From positions 1,756 to 65,755 of IMG/VR virus record IMGVR_UViG_3300033493_000001: 64,000 nucleotides of DNA; one strand, written 5' to 3'. Shown piece after piece: positions 18,002 through 27,704 of the stretch; the stretch's first letter is position 1; each line of letters begins with the position of its first letter. The notes beneath the pieces are model-generated. The model saw nothing but the letters and a program-made list of their open reading frames with translations, was not told the origin of the DNA and ran no database searches. The translations under genes were made by a program, and so were the position numbers. Source of the stretch: a virus (lineage: Duplodnaviria; Caudoviricetes).

Positions 18002-18403
18002 TCATGCGGTTTCCTCGTCTATCGCCCTCAGTTCTGCCAGTATTCGCTTCTTCCGCTTTCGGGCTTCATTGCTGCAACACCTGTTCATGACGCGATAGGT
18101 TCGCGCCCACGGCATGACGCTATAGCGGTACTCAACGACATCGCACACTCCGCGCACATTCCCTATGTCTCCCCTTATTCGCCTGATGGTCTCCAGACAT
18201 TCCCTTCTGTCGTGCATCAAGGTGCGTAGCGGGCGCAAGGCCGCGACAGGCGAAAACAAGAGCAGAACGACCGCAGCAATGAGGTTTCCAGTCCCGATGA
18301 ACACATGCAAAAGGCCCTCGTGCGCATAGTCGAACGCCCGTTGCATTTGCTCTCCGATTTGCCGAAGGACGGCGCTCGTCATTGTTTTGCGTTCGATGAT
18401 CAT
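18002..18403 (-). CDS. Hypothetical nin-region protein
   Basis: 133 aa ORF. Confidence 0.55.
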   Translation of the reverse strand: MIIERKTMTSAVLRQIGEQMQRAFDYAHEGLLHVFIGTGNLIAAVVLLLFSPVAALRPLRTLMHDRRECLETIRRIRGDIGNVRGVCDVVEYRYSVMPWARTYRVMNRCCSNEARKRKKRILAELRAIDEETA

Positions 18404-18450
18404 GCGCTCACTATCTCATGTCTCGTTGTAACTTGGATGCCTAGTTACTG

Positions 18451-18735
18451 TCATGCCTTCTTGTACGGCACCACGTTTCTCAGTTCTTTCGTGACGCCGC
18501 CGCTGTTTTTGAAATCAACCCACTGGTTGTAATGGGCGGCGCAGTAGTGCGTGTCCGGAGCAACCTAATAGGCGTGCTCGTCGCACAGCGGGCGGTCGCA
18601 GGTCTTGCCATCGCCAACCGGGTAGTCGCATAGGTATTCGCTAACCCAGTTGCACCCGGAAGCGTTACAGTGCGGTCCCAGTGGCCCACACATGAACATG
18701 TTTCCACCATCTATGTATTTTCTATAGCAAGGCAT
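18451..18735 (-). pseudogene. Cys/His-rich zinc-finger-like gene interrupted by an in-frame TAG
   Basis: MPCYRKYIDGGNMFMCGPLGPHCNASGC..LCDYPVGDGKTCDRPLCDEHAY*VAPDTHYCAAH..; TAG at 18565-18567. Confidence 0.7.
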
Positions 18736-18740
18736 AAAAA

Positions 18741-18968
18741 CTACCGTTGAGCAGTGTCGCCAAGTGCATGCTTCCGCAGTTGCTCAGACAACCAGAGCGC
18801 GTCTCGTCGGTCCATACGCGATGACCGAACCAGCAGCTCGCCATATCTGTCGTATCCGACTACAAGCACGTCTTGCAGGTTGTCGGTATTGGCAAACTCA
18901 AGCGCCGACAGTAACGCCTGTTGCGGAGTCATCGTCGTTGTGGCCGGAAACGCCAGTATGTTCTTCAT
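18741..18968 (-). CDS. Hypothetical protein
   Basis: 75 aa; MTPQQALLSALE..LQDVLVVGYD. Confidence 0.65.
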   Translation of the reverse strand: MKNILAFPATTTMTPQQALLSALEFANTDNLQDVLVVGYDRYGELLVRSSRMDRRDALWLSEQLRKHALGDTAQR

Positions 18969-18998
18969 GCGCTCACTGTCTCATGTAGGGGATGTGGG

Positions 18999-19034
18999 GT
19001 TAGGTGGTAGTAGTGCGTCTATCGCCTGTTCGGC
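18999..19034 (+). other. attI-like site (upstream GTTAG site plus simple site)
   Basis: GTTAGGT..GCGTCTAT-CGCCT-GTTCGGC; the two GTT are 29 bp apart. Confidence 0.6.
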
Positions 19035-19299
19035 GGCACAGGTTCATGCCTTTGGCGGCATTGATTCCGCGCTCCTGATTCTGCTTGCTCATCGTTTCGA
19101 GCAGAAGGCGACGGGCCTCATGCACTCGCTGGTCGGCTGTCTCCTCCATCCACAGCAACCCGTAAGCCACTTCAACCCGGCTCGGCTTTTCGCATGGAAT
19201 CGGCTGTTTCGGGCACGGCCCGCTGTACCCGTGGAACTTGAACATTTCCTCGCCAGCCGGCATCGGCTCACCGCAAATGGTGCATTTCGCTTCAGTCAT
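19000..19299 (-). CDS. Cassette-borne hypothetical protein (CxxC N-terminus)
   Basis: 99 aa, GGAG RBS, between an attI-like site and an attC-like site. Confidence 0.7.
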   Translation of the reverse strand: MTEAKCTICGEPMPAGEEMFKFHGYSGPCPKQPIPCEKPSRVEVAYGLLWMEETADQRVHEARRLLLETMSKQNQERGINAAKGMNLCRRTGDRRTTTT

Positions 19300-19319
19300 T
19301 TCGTTCTCCAGGGCAAAGC

Positions 19320-19401
19320 GCCCAACAATTTATTTCAGGCCGACGCCCGAAAGCGCCGCTGTTTCGTCATGCGCCATCAGCGGCGCGATTCGTTGTTGGC
19401 C
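19320..19401 (+). other. Decayed attC-like site
   Basis: GCCCAAC-AATTTAT-TT[C]AGGCCG[A]CGCC left arm; right arm GGCGCG..ATTCGTT-GTTGGCC lacks most of L'. Confidence 0.6.
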
Positions 19402-19754
19402 CCGTGGTGCAGGAAGTCGCCAGTTACCACCGCTCCGCATCTAAGGCATCTCCATAGGCTCCTCTTTCCGCCAAAGTGGTTGATTTCGTCGCCGTAGATG
19501 TTTCTGATAAATCTGCGTTCTGCATGTCTGCAAAAGAATCGTTTGAAGAATGCGCCCATATCACACCGCCCGCTCATCGAAACGAAACCCGCACTCATCG
19601 CTGTACGCCATTTTTTTGCACCATCCCTCGCCTCCGAGTAGCGGCGAGCGCCCGAGACAGGCGGTGCATTTCCGCTTTTTGCGCCACGTCCGCGATTCAT
19701 CGCTCATAATGATTTCAAGCGGGTCGCGGTATTTACTGGAGCGGAGGACGCGAT

Positions 19755-20312
19755 CTACCGGCATGTCACTCCGCGCTCTGTTTTCTCTCGGAATCCACAA
19801 TGATTTTGCATGACAATTTTGAATGATACCGGCTCGCCTGATGTCGTTCTCGGATATTTGCAGTCCGGATGGTCTTCATTGCAATCAGGCTCTACTGTAC
19901 ACCGTAGGCAACAATATTCAGGCGGTCCGGAGAATTCTCGTTTCCGCCCTTTCGCGCGCTTCGTATGCCTATCCGCCGAGAACACCCACTCCAGTTCATA
20001 CCCGCGACTTATCCTCGTTTGGATCGTGCTGACTGAAATGCCTAGTTTCTGCGACCACTCAGGAATCGTCAGGCGCTCACCGTTCCACTCGTACCGATTC
20101 GGGTTATATGCTGGCGTTTTCGCGGGCCAGGGTGTCGTGATTGCGCGATCCACACCCCATCGCTTCACCCGGTCCTCCAAAGTGCGACGCGGCATGCCGA
20201 GCCTGGCAGACCACGCCTTGACTGTCATCGTTTCGCTGCCGAATGTTATTGTTCGTTCGCCTGACATTACCGGATCCTCACATCGGGTCATCAAGTAGTT
20301 TCGTTTCACCAC
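19755..20312 (-). CDS. Protein with duplicated HTH-like repeats of the HNH/NUMOD-associated type
   Basis: ETMTVKAWSARLGMPRRTL and ERLTIPEWSQKLGISVSTIQTR. Confidence 0.55.
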   Translation of the reverse strand: MVKRNYLMTRCEDPVMSGERTITFGSETMTVKAWSARLGMPRRTLEDRVKRWGVDRAITTPWPAKTPAYNPNRYEWNGERLTIPEWSQKLGISVSTIQTRISRGYELEWVFSADRHTKRAKGRKREFSGPPEYCCLRCTVEPDCNEDHPDCKYPRTTSGEPVSFKIVMQNHCGFREKTERGVTCR

Positions 20313-20856
20313 AGGACAGAAGCTCTTTCCGCTTCGCCTTAAACTCCGCCTCTATGCGCCGGCAGTCATCTACCGTAAAGCGCGCCGATGGATGCGGACC
20401 CTCTAGCCATTCCACAGTCTCAATTCCTATTTTCGCTATCAGTCGCGGCCGGTATTCGGCAATGTTCCCGCTCTTATGTGCATTGCATGGGGCGCATTGC
20501 TTGTGCACGTTTTCCTCGACGTATCGAAGCTCGGGATGCGCCCCGACGCTCAGATAGTGCCCGGCGTGCCATTGCCCGTCATGCCAGCGCCCACAGGAGA
20601 TGCACGGCTCTGTTTTGTCGCGCTCTCGCACGTAGGCGTTCATTGCTGCCTGTGCTTTCGCCTTCCACCAGGACAACGGCTTGATTGCCAGCTTCCGCGC
20701 TTTCCTCGCCTTGCGATCTTCCTTCTCGCGCTTTTGCTGAACGATGCGGATGGCGCACTCCATTGTGGCCGCCACCTGAAATGAGCTGATAGGCGTGAGC
20801 CATTGTCCGCAACCGCATCTGCATTTGATTTTGCGTGGCTTGCGCTTGGCAATCAC
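20278..20856 (-). CDS. ninG: NinG/Rap recombination endonuclease
   Basis: CISCG..WHAGHY.SVGAHPELRY.E.N.HKQC..CN..KSGN. Confidence 0.92.
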   Translation of the reverse strand: MIAKRKPRKIKCRCGCGQWLTPISSFQVAATMECAIRIVQQKREKEDRKARKARKLAIKPLSWWKAKAQAAMNAYVRERDKTEPCISCGRWHDGQWHAGHYLSVGAHPELRYVEENVHKQCAPCNAHKSGNIAEYRPRLIAKIGIETVEWLEGPHPSARFTVDDCRRIEAEFKAKRKELLSCGETKLLDDPM

Positions 20857-21278
20857 CGTTTAGGCTCCGTCAGCTGTACACCAAGACCGCGGAAATACTG
20901 ATACACGGCGTCGAGATACCGCGCCTTTTGCTTCGTTGTCATCAGTCGCGTAACCGGAAAGTCGAACGGTTCTTGCATCAGAATAAGTTTCGTTTCGTAC
21001 GGCATCGGCTTTATCACCTTGTCGTACTTCTCGCGAAACTCATCATTCTCGTTTCGTAGAATGGGCACGCCAAGGTGGAGCTTGCAGTACCCGCGATATC
21101 CCTCGGCGGTTTCCTCGCCCAGCTGTTCCGCCGCTTCGATGACCCATTTGCGCTGTAGATTGTTCTGCTCCGGCGTTCGCTTCTTCGTAATGCTCACGGT
21201 AAATGGTGGCTTGCGAACGCCAATCAGGCGCGCCACGTCTTGTTTATCGTGATCGTTCCTGATGATGCGAGTTGTCAT
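20853..21278 (-). CDS. NinB-like recombination protein
   Basis: KKRTPEQN..W; nin-region position. Confidence 0.6.
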   Translation of the reverse strand: MTTRIIRNDHDKQDVARLIGVRKPPFTVSITKKRTPEQNNLQRKWVIEAAEQLGEETAEGYRGYCKLHLGVPILRNENDEFREKYDKVIKPMPYETKLILMQEPFDFPVTRLMTTKQKARYLDAVYQYFRGLGVQLTEPKR

Positions 21279-21508
21279 GCGCTCCTCGCCGCCGTGAGTG
21301 CCACCAGAATCACGTCCAGCTCCTCCCACCGAAAAGCTCCGGCCATGCGCAAAGGCAATTCAGCACCATTGCCGTGCACCATCAGGCTCATACCTTCGTG
21401 ATTACCCCATGTGGTCACTGTCACGTTTACACCGGATCCTTTCACGAACGTCTCAGTGGCCGGCGTCCTGAACGTACTAAGCGTTATTCCTCGTTCGTTC
21501 TCGCTCAC
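21275..21508 (-). CDS. Hypothetical protein
   Basis: 77 aa ORF. Confidence 0.6.
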   Translation of the reverse strand: MSENERGITLSTFRTPATETFVKGSGVNVTVTTWGNHEGMSLMVHGNGAELPLRMAGAFRWEELDVILVALTAARSA

Positions 21509-21524
21509 TGCGCATTCCTTCTAG

Positions 21525-21818
21525 TCATTTCGCCCACAGCCTCCGCGCCTTTTCCCATTCCGCTCGGTCGCAGTCCATACCGAGCGGTTTATGCTCTTTT
21601 CCGTCCGACCTCGCTTCATCGTCACGCCGGAATGCTTCCTCGATGTCGCGCTGGATAATCGTTTTCGCATTCGGTGCTAAATTTTCCCACTGGTCTATTA
21701 GCCAATCTACGCAGTCGCCGACAACATACGTTGCCCGGCCGAGACAATAGCGCACAGCGCACATGGCCATAAGATCGGAACGACCGAAGTTTTTATCGCT
21801 CACCGTTTCTCTCCTCAT
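21525..21818 (-). CDS. Hypothetical protein
   Basis: AVRYCLGRATYVV motif. Confidence 0.65.
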   Translation of the reverse strand: MRRETVSDKNFGRSDLMAMCAVRYCLGRATYVVGDCVDWLIDQWENLAPNAKTIIQRDIEEAFRRDDEARSDGKEHKPLGMDCDRAEWEKARRLWAK

Positions 21819-22206
21819 TTCCTGTCGCCTTCATGTCGCCAAACAGGAGCTCGTGATACGCATCCATCACAAGCCCCAATATCTCATACCATTTCTCCGG
21901 TTGGGCACCGTCGCTCGGCCCTCCAAATCGCCGCCGCATGAACTGTGCGGCAAGGCGAGCTACCTGCATCACGTCGTCGTGGTCGCTCACCATCTACTCC
22001 TTCGCAAACTCGGTTACGGTGACTGTGTTTCCTGTTATGCGCTGCCGCTGCGGCGCTTTTCCCATTCCGCCTGTACTGCCGCTTTCAACTCTGCGTCGAA
22101 CCGCGCGCCGTGCCTCTGTGCCATTCGCCCCATGATTTCTCGCCGCCGTGAAAGCGGTTTCGCTAGGAGCCAGCGGGCGAGACATTCGAGTTTGTGCTCG
22201 TGTGTG

Positions 22207-22839
22207 TCAGTTGGTATCGCCGTCATCAATGAATGGTGCGGCCCTGCTGGCATGCCGCTTTAGCGCCCACACAGCATCCTCTCGCGAGATGCCTAGACAT
22301 TGCCGGCCGTAGTAATAGACCGCTATTGATCTAATTAGCCCCTCCGACGTTTCCAGTAGCCATCTGGTTAATTCCGCTTCGTTGGCGGCCTCCGACCAGT
22401 CAATCTCAACGGTTCTCATGCATGAGCTTCCGGGGACTCTGTAGACCGTCCATCCAAGCTCCCGGAGTTCGGCGTCCCTCTCCATGTCCCTCTCTCGGTC
22501 ATGCCACTCTTTCCCATCGCATTCAACGGCAATGCGCCGATTTGGATCTGCGAAATCGAGAAAGTACCGGCCTACCGGGAATTGCGGCCACATGAACACC
22601 GCCGCATATCGCATATCGCCCCACACCGCTTTTTCGATAGGCGTAAACACCTTCATCCAGTCCACCGGGTACGGCGTCCATTCGTCGGTATTGAGGCGCG
22701 AATAGAAGCCCCTCAGCCCGTCAAACCTTTCCCAATCGTTCGTCGGGCGCTCTATCATCCGAATGAATTCACTCACGTTGGCTAGACGCCCCGGCTGCCA
22801 TCCGCTTTCGATGACTTCTCTTGCAGACATCACACTCAT
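22207..22839 (-). CDS. DUF559/Vsr-like PD-(D/E)xK endonuclease domain protein
   Basis: QFPVGRYFLDFA..IAVECDGKEWH..RD..RD..L..GW.VYR. Confidence 0.75.
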   Translation of the reverse strand: MSVMSAREVIESGWQPGRLANVSEFIRMIERPTNDWERFDGLRGFYSRLNTDEWTPYPVDWMKVFTPIEKAVWGDMRYAAVFMWPQFPVGRYFLDFADPNRRIAVECDGKEWHDRERDMERDAELRELGWTVYRVPGSSCMRTVEIDWSEAANEAELTRWLLETSEGLIRSIAVYYYGRQCLGISREDAVWALKRHASRAAPFIDDGDTN

Positions 22840-23597
22840 TTACCGTTCTCCCAGTTGGCCATCATCGCTCGGATCCGGATCTGCTGCTTCTTCTGCTCTT
22901 CCGCTTTACCGGCCTCCGAGGCGCTTTCCTGAAGCAACTTCTTCGCTTCCGCACCCTTTATGGCCTCGCGCACCCGCGCCATGCGCTCGTTGAATGCCTT
23001 GCTCTTGGTCTCCACAGTGGCGCCAGTCAGCAACCCGGCAATCGCGGCACCCTCTTGTGTCTGCGCTGGTGCTGGCAGGTGATGCTTTACGGCGTCATGC
23101 GTCAGGATTCCGGCTACCACAGCCTTTTCCAGGGCTCCGGCTCTCCGCTCTTTGTCGTGCCCGATCGACATCTCCCACCTGGCCGGTGCGGCGGCCGCGC
23201 GCGCATCCGAAACAAGTCGGTCATAGGCCGACTTAAACGCCATACGTGCGCCTACCTTGTCGCCAGACTGGAGCACGGAGCGCGCCGCAAAGAAGGCTTG
23301 CGCTGTCTCGCTGGTCCACACGACGGTTTCCGCCTCGTCATCAGCGAGGAGTGCGGTAGCCCATGCCTCGTCCGCTGTTGGCCGGCCATCGGCCGTCGCC
23401 AGGCGCTCCATCACTGCCGCCAGTGTGAACCGGCCAGTGACTTCGCGGCGCACCCGAGTGAGCGCGGCATCAATTTGCGGGAGCGGATATGCCGCCAAGT
23501 CCTGCGCCATAACCGCCAGCGCGGCCGGCCTGACTTCTGCCCCGCAAATCTCGGCAGTCGCGCTCAGCAGCTCAATGATGCGGCCTAGGTCGCTCAC
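22836..23597 (-). CDS. Replication protein (P-like helicase-loader position)
   Basis: Coupled directly downstream of the initiator; DGRPTADEAW motif. Confidence 0.65.
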   Translation of the reverse strand: MSDLGRIIELLSATAEICGAEVRPAALAVMAQDLAAYPLPQIDAALTRVRREVTGRFTLAAVMERLATADGRPTADEAWATALLADDEAETVVWTSETAQAFFAARSVLQSGDKVGARMAFKSAYDRLVSDARAAAAPARWEMSIGHDKERRAGALEKAVVAGILTHDAVKHHLPAPAQTQEGAAIAGLLTGATVETKSKAFNERMARVREAIKGAEAKKLLQESASEAGKAEEQKKQQIRIRAMMANWENGK

Positions 23598-24484
23598 ATC
23601 ACCCCCTTGCGGCGAAGAATCTCTTTGGCCTCTTCAGCGGCGCTGAAGTTGGATTGCGTGCCATCGAGTTGTTTTGCGCGAGTCGTGGTCATGCGTGTGT
23701 TAGTCGCCCATTCGGTGCGGAGTTTTTCGGCATCCGCCACCAGTGGCCCGAGGTCATGCATCTTGCCGACGTAGTAACTGCCGTTGTGCGTCAGGTAAAA
23801 CGCGGCCACCGGCTTCGCCTCTTCCCCTAGCCTTTGTGCAAGCTGCTTCACCATGGAGTTCACTTTCGCGTTTCGCACTGGCTCCACTTGGTAGCGGGCA
23901 CGGTAGGCGTCGGCGTAAGAGGCCCACAGGTCGCGACACAACTGCTTGAAGGCGGTTGTCGAATCACTTGATTCGTCGTCACGAGCCTTGGCGGGCGCGG
24001 TCGCCGATTCGGCGGACGCAACCCCAACGGTAGTTGGGTAATCAGGAATCAGGTTAAGGGAATCAGGAATCAGAGAATCAGAAGAGAGGGAATCAGCCCG
24101 AGCGCTTCCGATTTTTTCGGAACGGACCCCGGCGCTATCCGCGTTAGTATCCGCTTCTTTTGAAGGCGGTATCTCACTGGGTGTTTCATTCTTGTGCGGG
24201 TTTTGATGCTTTACAAAATTGTTGATCTCTATATACCGCTTACCGGCCACGGAATAGCGCCTGATGAATTCGTTCCCGCGCAGCCAGTCCAGCATGCTTT
24301 CCATGTTGAGCCCCTCGCGGTACGGAAACACCTCGGCCTTGATCCGTAAAGGACGATCCTCAAGACGGCCCTCTCGGTCGGCAAGCACCCACAACCCCTC
24401 GAACAGGAGGCTATAAAACGGGTCGGCCGTCCCAAGAATCTCGTTCTTGAAAAATCCCGGCTTGATGTTCCTTGCTCTCGCCAT
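23594..24484 (-). CDS. Replication initiator (O-like)
   Basis: MARARNIKPGFFKNE..LLFEGLWVLADREGRL..F.KHQ.PH. Confidence 0.85.
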   Translation of the reverse strand: MARARNIKPGFFKNEILGTADPFYSLLFEGLWVLADREGRLEDRPLRIKAEVFPYREGLNMESMLDWLRGNEFIRRYSVAGKRYIEINNFVKHQNPHKNETPSEIPPSKEADTNADSAGVRSEKIGSARADSLSSDSLIPDSLNLIPDYPTTVGVASAESATAPAKARDDESSDSTTAFKQLCRDLWASYADAYRARYQVEPVRNAKVNSMVKQLAQRLGEEAKPVAAFYLTHNGSYYVGKMHDLGPLVADAEKLRTEWATNTRMTTTRAKQLDGTQSNFSAAEEAKEILRRKGVM

Positions 24485-24639
24485 GATTCACTTCACCCGG
24501 TACGGCGGAGGCTTTGTTGCGCTATCCTTACCCTCACCACCGGCCTTCCTGCGCTCAATCTCCTCCCTGGCGAGTCGTGCGGCCTCCCTGAGCGATTTTC
24601 CGTCCTCGACGTGACGGGCGATGATGTCGGCGATGGTCA

Positions 24640-25269
24640 TTATTCTTTGCCCTTCTCTTTGTTCACCGTATCGGCAATCATGAGGAGCAGATCGCGAAAC
24701 TCCGATGGCGTAGCGTTTCTGATTCTCGTTTTGTCTTTCCCGCCAACCATTGCCATCATTCCGATTCTGCGGGCTTTCTCGTAGCCGTAACGTTTTAGGG
24801 CGACCGGGTGAATGCGCTGGCCTGACGTACCCCAGCGCAGTTCTGGCAGGCTCGCGCCAACCGCGTAAAGCCAGGTCGCTTTCCTGCTCATGTGGCCGTA
24901 GTGCCCCTGTTCGACATGGCAAGTCCAGCCTCCGAAATCGTCGGCCTTCGCCCACCCACCCGCCTTCGGCGGCGGCGTGATGCCGAAGAATCGCCAAGCG
25001 TTGGAGTGCGCCGGGTGTTCCAGCACCCCCCCGTAATTCCGTACCGCGGTCAGCGCCGCAGCAAAGCATCCGCCATCCTCCCCGAGCCGGTACCGATTCG
25101 GCTTGTTAGGTGCGCCATGCCAATACCGTCCCCACCGTTGGCATGGAGGGTGAGCCACTACCGGGTGAGGGCCGGCGTATTTCCTGGCGTCTCGCGTTTC
25201 GTCCCACGGATCTACCTCGGGAATTCCGAAGTAAGCTCCACCAGTTTCGACAAACAGTGCTGCAATCAC
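24640..25269 (-). CDS. Putative DNA cytosine methyltransferase-like protein
   Basis: IAALFV..Y..D..RDAR.Y.GP.PVVAHPPCQRW (catalytic PPC) and VLEHP; GTG start 25269. Confidence 0.65.
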   Translation of the reverse strand: MIAALFVETGGAYFGIPEVDPWDETRDARKYAGPHPVVAHPPCQRWGRYWHGAPNKPNRYRLGEDGGCFAAALTAVRNYGGVLEHPAHSNAWRFFGITPPPKAGGWAKADDFGGWTCHVEQGHYGHMSRKATWLYAVGASLPELRWGTSGQRIHPVALKRYGYEKARRIGMMAMVGGKDKTRIRNATPSEFRDLLLMIADTVNKEKGKE

Positions 25270-25912
25270 CCTTCGTAATCTCTCACCTGTGCGCCCAGCT
25301 CCTCGTCTACGTGAATCGGGTGAGCGGTGCAGTCGCAGAAACAGCCGGCGCACCGTTCCGCATCTGCTGCGACGTCGATTTGCTCGGCTTGTTTCTGCTC
25401 GACCGGGCGAGGCGTGCGGAATATTTCGTCGAATGCGTCTTCGTTGAAGAGATTTGCGGTCATAGCGTCATGAACCATTCCAAGCATGTGCCCGATTTCT
25501 TGACGGCGAATCCGCCGAGCGTGCACCGCCTATTCGATTCTTTGCGATAAACGCCGCCGAATATTCCTGCTTTCTCGGTAATGTCGCTTTTGTAATTGAC
25601 GCAGTTCGCGCACGTCTGCCGAATAGGAATAGCCTTGGGGGTATATCCCTGTCGTTCTTTTGCTTCGCTCTGCTTGCTCATATCAATTACCTTGTGCTTC
25701 GTATGCCGCCACGACAAGCCACGCAGGAAGCGAGAGCCACCAGAGCGCGACGATGGAGGCCATTGTCCACGGATGGTTTTTGAGGAACGGCCGGAGGTGG
25801 TTTTTCTCCGGTACAAGTTTGTTTATCGCGATACCTATGTCTTCCACCATATAGAGCGCGAAGAGCACGGTAAGACCGGCCCACACGTATGCGATTGCCA
25901 ATGCCCATATCA

Positions 25913-26374
25913 TCAGTAGGCCCCTTTAGTGGCGGCTTCAGCGATCAGCGCCTTCGCCAATCGGTCATACAGCACTACGTTCACCGTTGCCGCGAGATTC
26001 ATGCATCCGTTCGTTGGAATGAAAACGACATCGCGACACCGCGACAGAATGCGCTCCCCAAGGGTCGCATCCTCCGCGCCGAAGATGTAGTACGCGCGCT
26101 CCGGGTGCCTGAATTCGTGCAACGGTGTAGCGCCCGCAATCAGGTCTACAGCGACCGGCACGCAATCGTACGGGAGAACGTCTAGTACGTCGGTCGGACG
26201 TAGAAGTGGCAAATGACGATAATGTTTCATCGTGTCAGTAGGGCCTGGTCCGTAACGTCCACCAGAGGCCGCCACGAATGCAGCGCCATACACGCCAGCC
26301 GCCCGTAGCGCCGACCCAACGTTCACGGCGTTTTTCGGGTTGTCGAGACCGATTGCCGCATACCCGCGCATCAC
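25913..26374 (-). CDS. SpoU/TrmH-family (SPOUT) RNA methyltransferase
   Basis: NVGSALRAA, YIFGAED, VFIP...MNLAATVNVVLYDR. Confidence 0.88.
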   Translation of the reverse strand: MMRGYAAIGLDNPKNAVNVGSALRAAGVYGAAFVAASGGRYGPGPTDTMKHYRHLPLLRPTDVLDVLPYDCVPVAVDLIAGATPLHEFRHPERAYYIFGAEDATLGERILSRCRDVVFIPTNGCMNLAATVNVVLYDRLAKALIAEAATKGAY

Positions 26375-26631
26375 GCTTGTCCTTTGGTCGTTTTCTTCGG
26401 CTCAAACCAGCGACCTTGTGGGCCGCAATAGCCGAATATGTAGGCTCCAACGACGTTGAAAATGCCGCTTTCACGGTTTGATTTGCAGTATGTGAAGTAC
26501 GACTTTTTCGGTACTCCCGCCCCTGTTACACGGCTCCGTTCCTCGTGGCGCCTTCTTCTACAAATGGCGTTCTCAGGATCTTGGTTGCCTAATTCGTGCC
26601 ACACGCAGTCTTTGCAAAGCTTCATGACGCC

Positions 26632-26916
26632 TCACTCCGGGAACATGTCCGCCACGAGTTTCTTGATCTGCCCTGCGCGACGCTCGGCGAGGTCGTACTC
26701 GTCGATCTTGTCGGTGATGGACTGGAAATTGAGTTCCTTTTCCGAGCACAGCTTTTGAATATCCGCTTCCAGGCTCACAAGCTTTTCGTCAAGGCGAGCT
26801 AGCTCAAGGTCCGCTTTTGCTTTCGCCGCTTTGGCGCGGATGGGCGCAAGCGCTTCGTCCAGTTTTTCCTTGGACATTGCGATGATTTCTTTGAACGGTT
26901 TTACGGTAAAGGCCAT
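26632..26916 (-). CDS. Coiled-coil hypothetical protein
   Basis: 94 aa ORF. Confidence 0.65.
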   Translation of the reverse strand: MAFTVKPFKEIIAMSKEKLDEALAPIRAKAAKAKADLELARLDEKLVSLEADIQKLCSEKELNFQSITDKIDEYDLAERRAGQIKKLVADMFPE

Positions 26917-27425
26917 TTTTATCTACCCTCTATTTGCACAACAAAAGCACTTTGTTAGGTGTCGGTTTTTGCGGTTGAGCCTGGTTCGTTGCATAGCCCG
27001 TTAGGCCGTCTAGGGAGGATTGTTCCATCATTTTGCGAAGTTCGTACGAGGCCTGCCGTTGAATTTCATGCGGCTTCCTTTCTTGACCACGAGCGCCTCC
27101 CAACCCATAACAAGGAGGACCGGACGATCCTGGTAATGCCATGTCACTACGCTCCCGCCCGCCGCCGCGCCGAAATCAGCTCATCGAGCATGCCCGCGTG
27201 GATCCTTGCGTACTGCACCAGGATTGCGTCGCTCGCGTGCTCAAGCGTTTTGCGGGTGATACGGCGGATGTTGCGGGGATGGATGTGCGGCACACCGAAT
27301 GCGCTCATCTGCGCCTCGATTTTTTCCATGGTGTCGCGATGGTCGCAGGTGATACTGCCCGTCGGGAGAGCGATGATGAAGCCGTCGGTTTTGGGGCTAT
27401 TGGTGTTCATTGATGGTCTCCTGAG

Positions 27426-27692
27426 TTAGGTCTTGCGCAACGCAGAAACGCGCGGCCAATAGAGCATGGGGATGTTCCCCTTTGCGGGAGGAACAAGAAC
27501 GACGAAACTTTCGTGTGCGCGCCTATTGCCGCCACCGTAAGCGGAACGGAACTTATGCGTTTTTGCCAGTTCCTTTTCCACAAGACGAAAGTTTTTTCCT
27601 GGGGGAACAATGGCAACAATTTCGCCATTCTTCGTTGTGCGTCCGCCGCCGGCCGCGCTCCACCAGTGCACTCGATCGCCAATTTTGAACAT
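27426..27692 (-). CDS. Hypothetical protein
   Basis: MFKIGDRVHW; stop lies in ACCTAAC. Confidence 0.7.
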   Translation of the reverse strand: MFKIGDRVHWWSAAGGGRTTKNGEIVAIVPPGKNFRLVEKELAKTHKFRSAYGGGNRRAHESFVVLVPPAKGNIPMLYWPRVSALRKT

Positions 27693-27704
27693 GATCCATC
27701 CTCG

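Noticed and set aside
18565-18567. Genome-wide TAG recoding
   Set aside because: Well-supported genes such as cI and xis end in TAG at expected lengths, and no CUA-anticodon tRNA was found
20938-20944. Other CTGATGA matches (also near 23338 and 45722)
   Set aside because: Inside coding regions without the stem II-GAAA-stem III context
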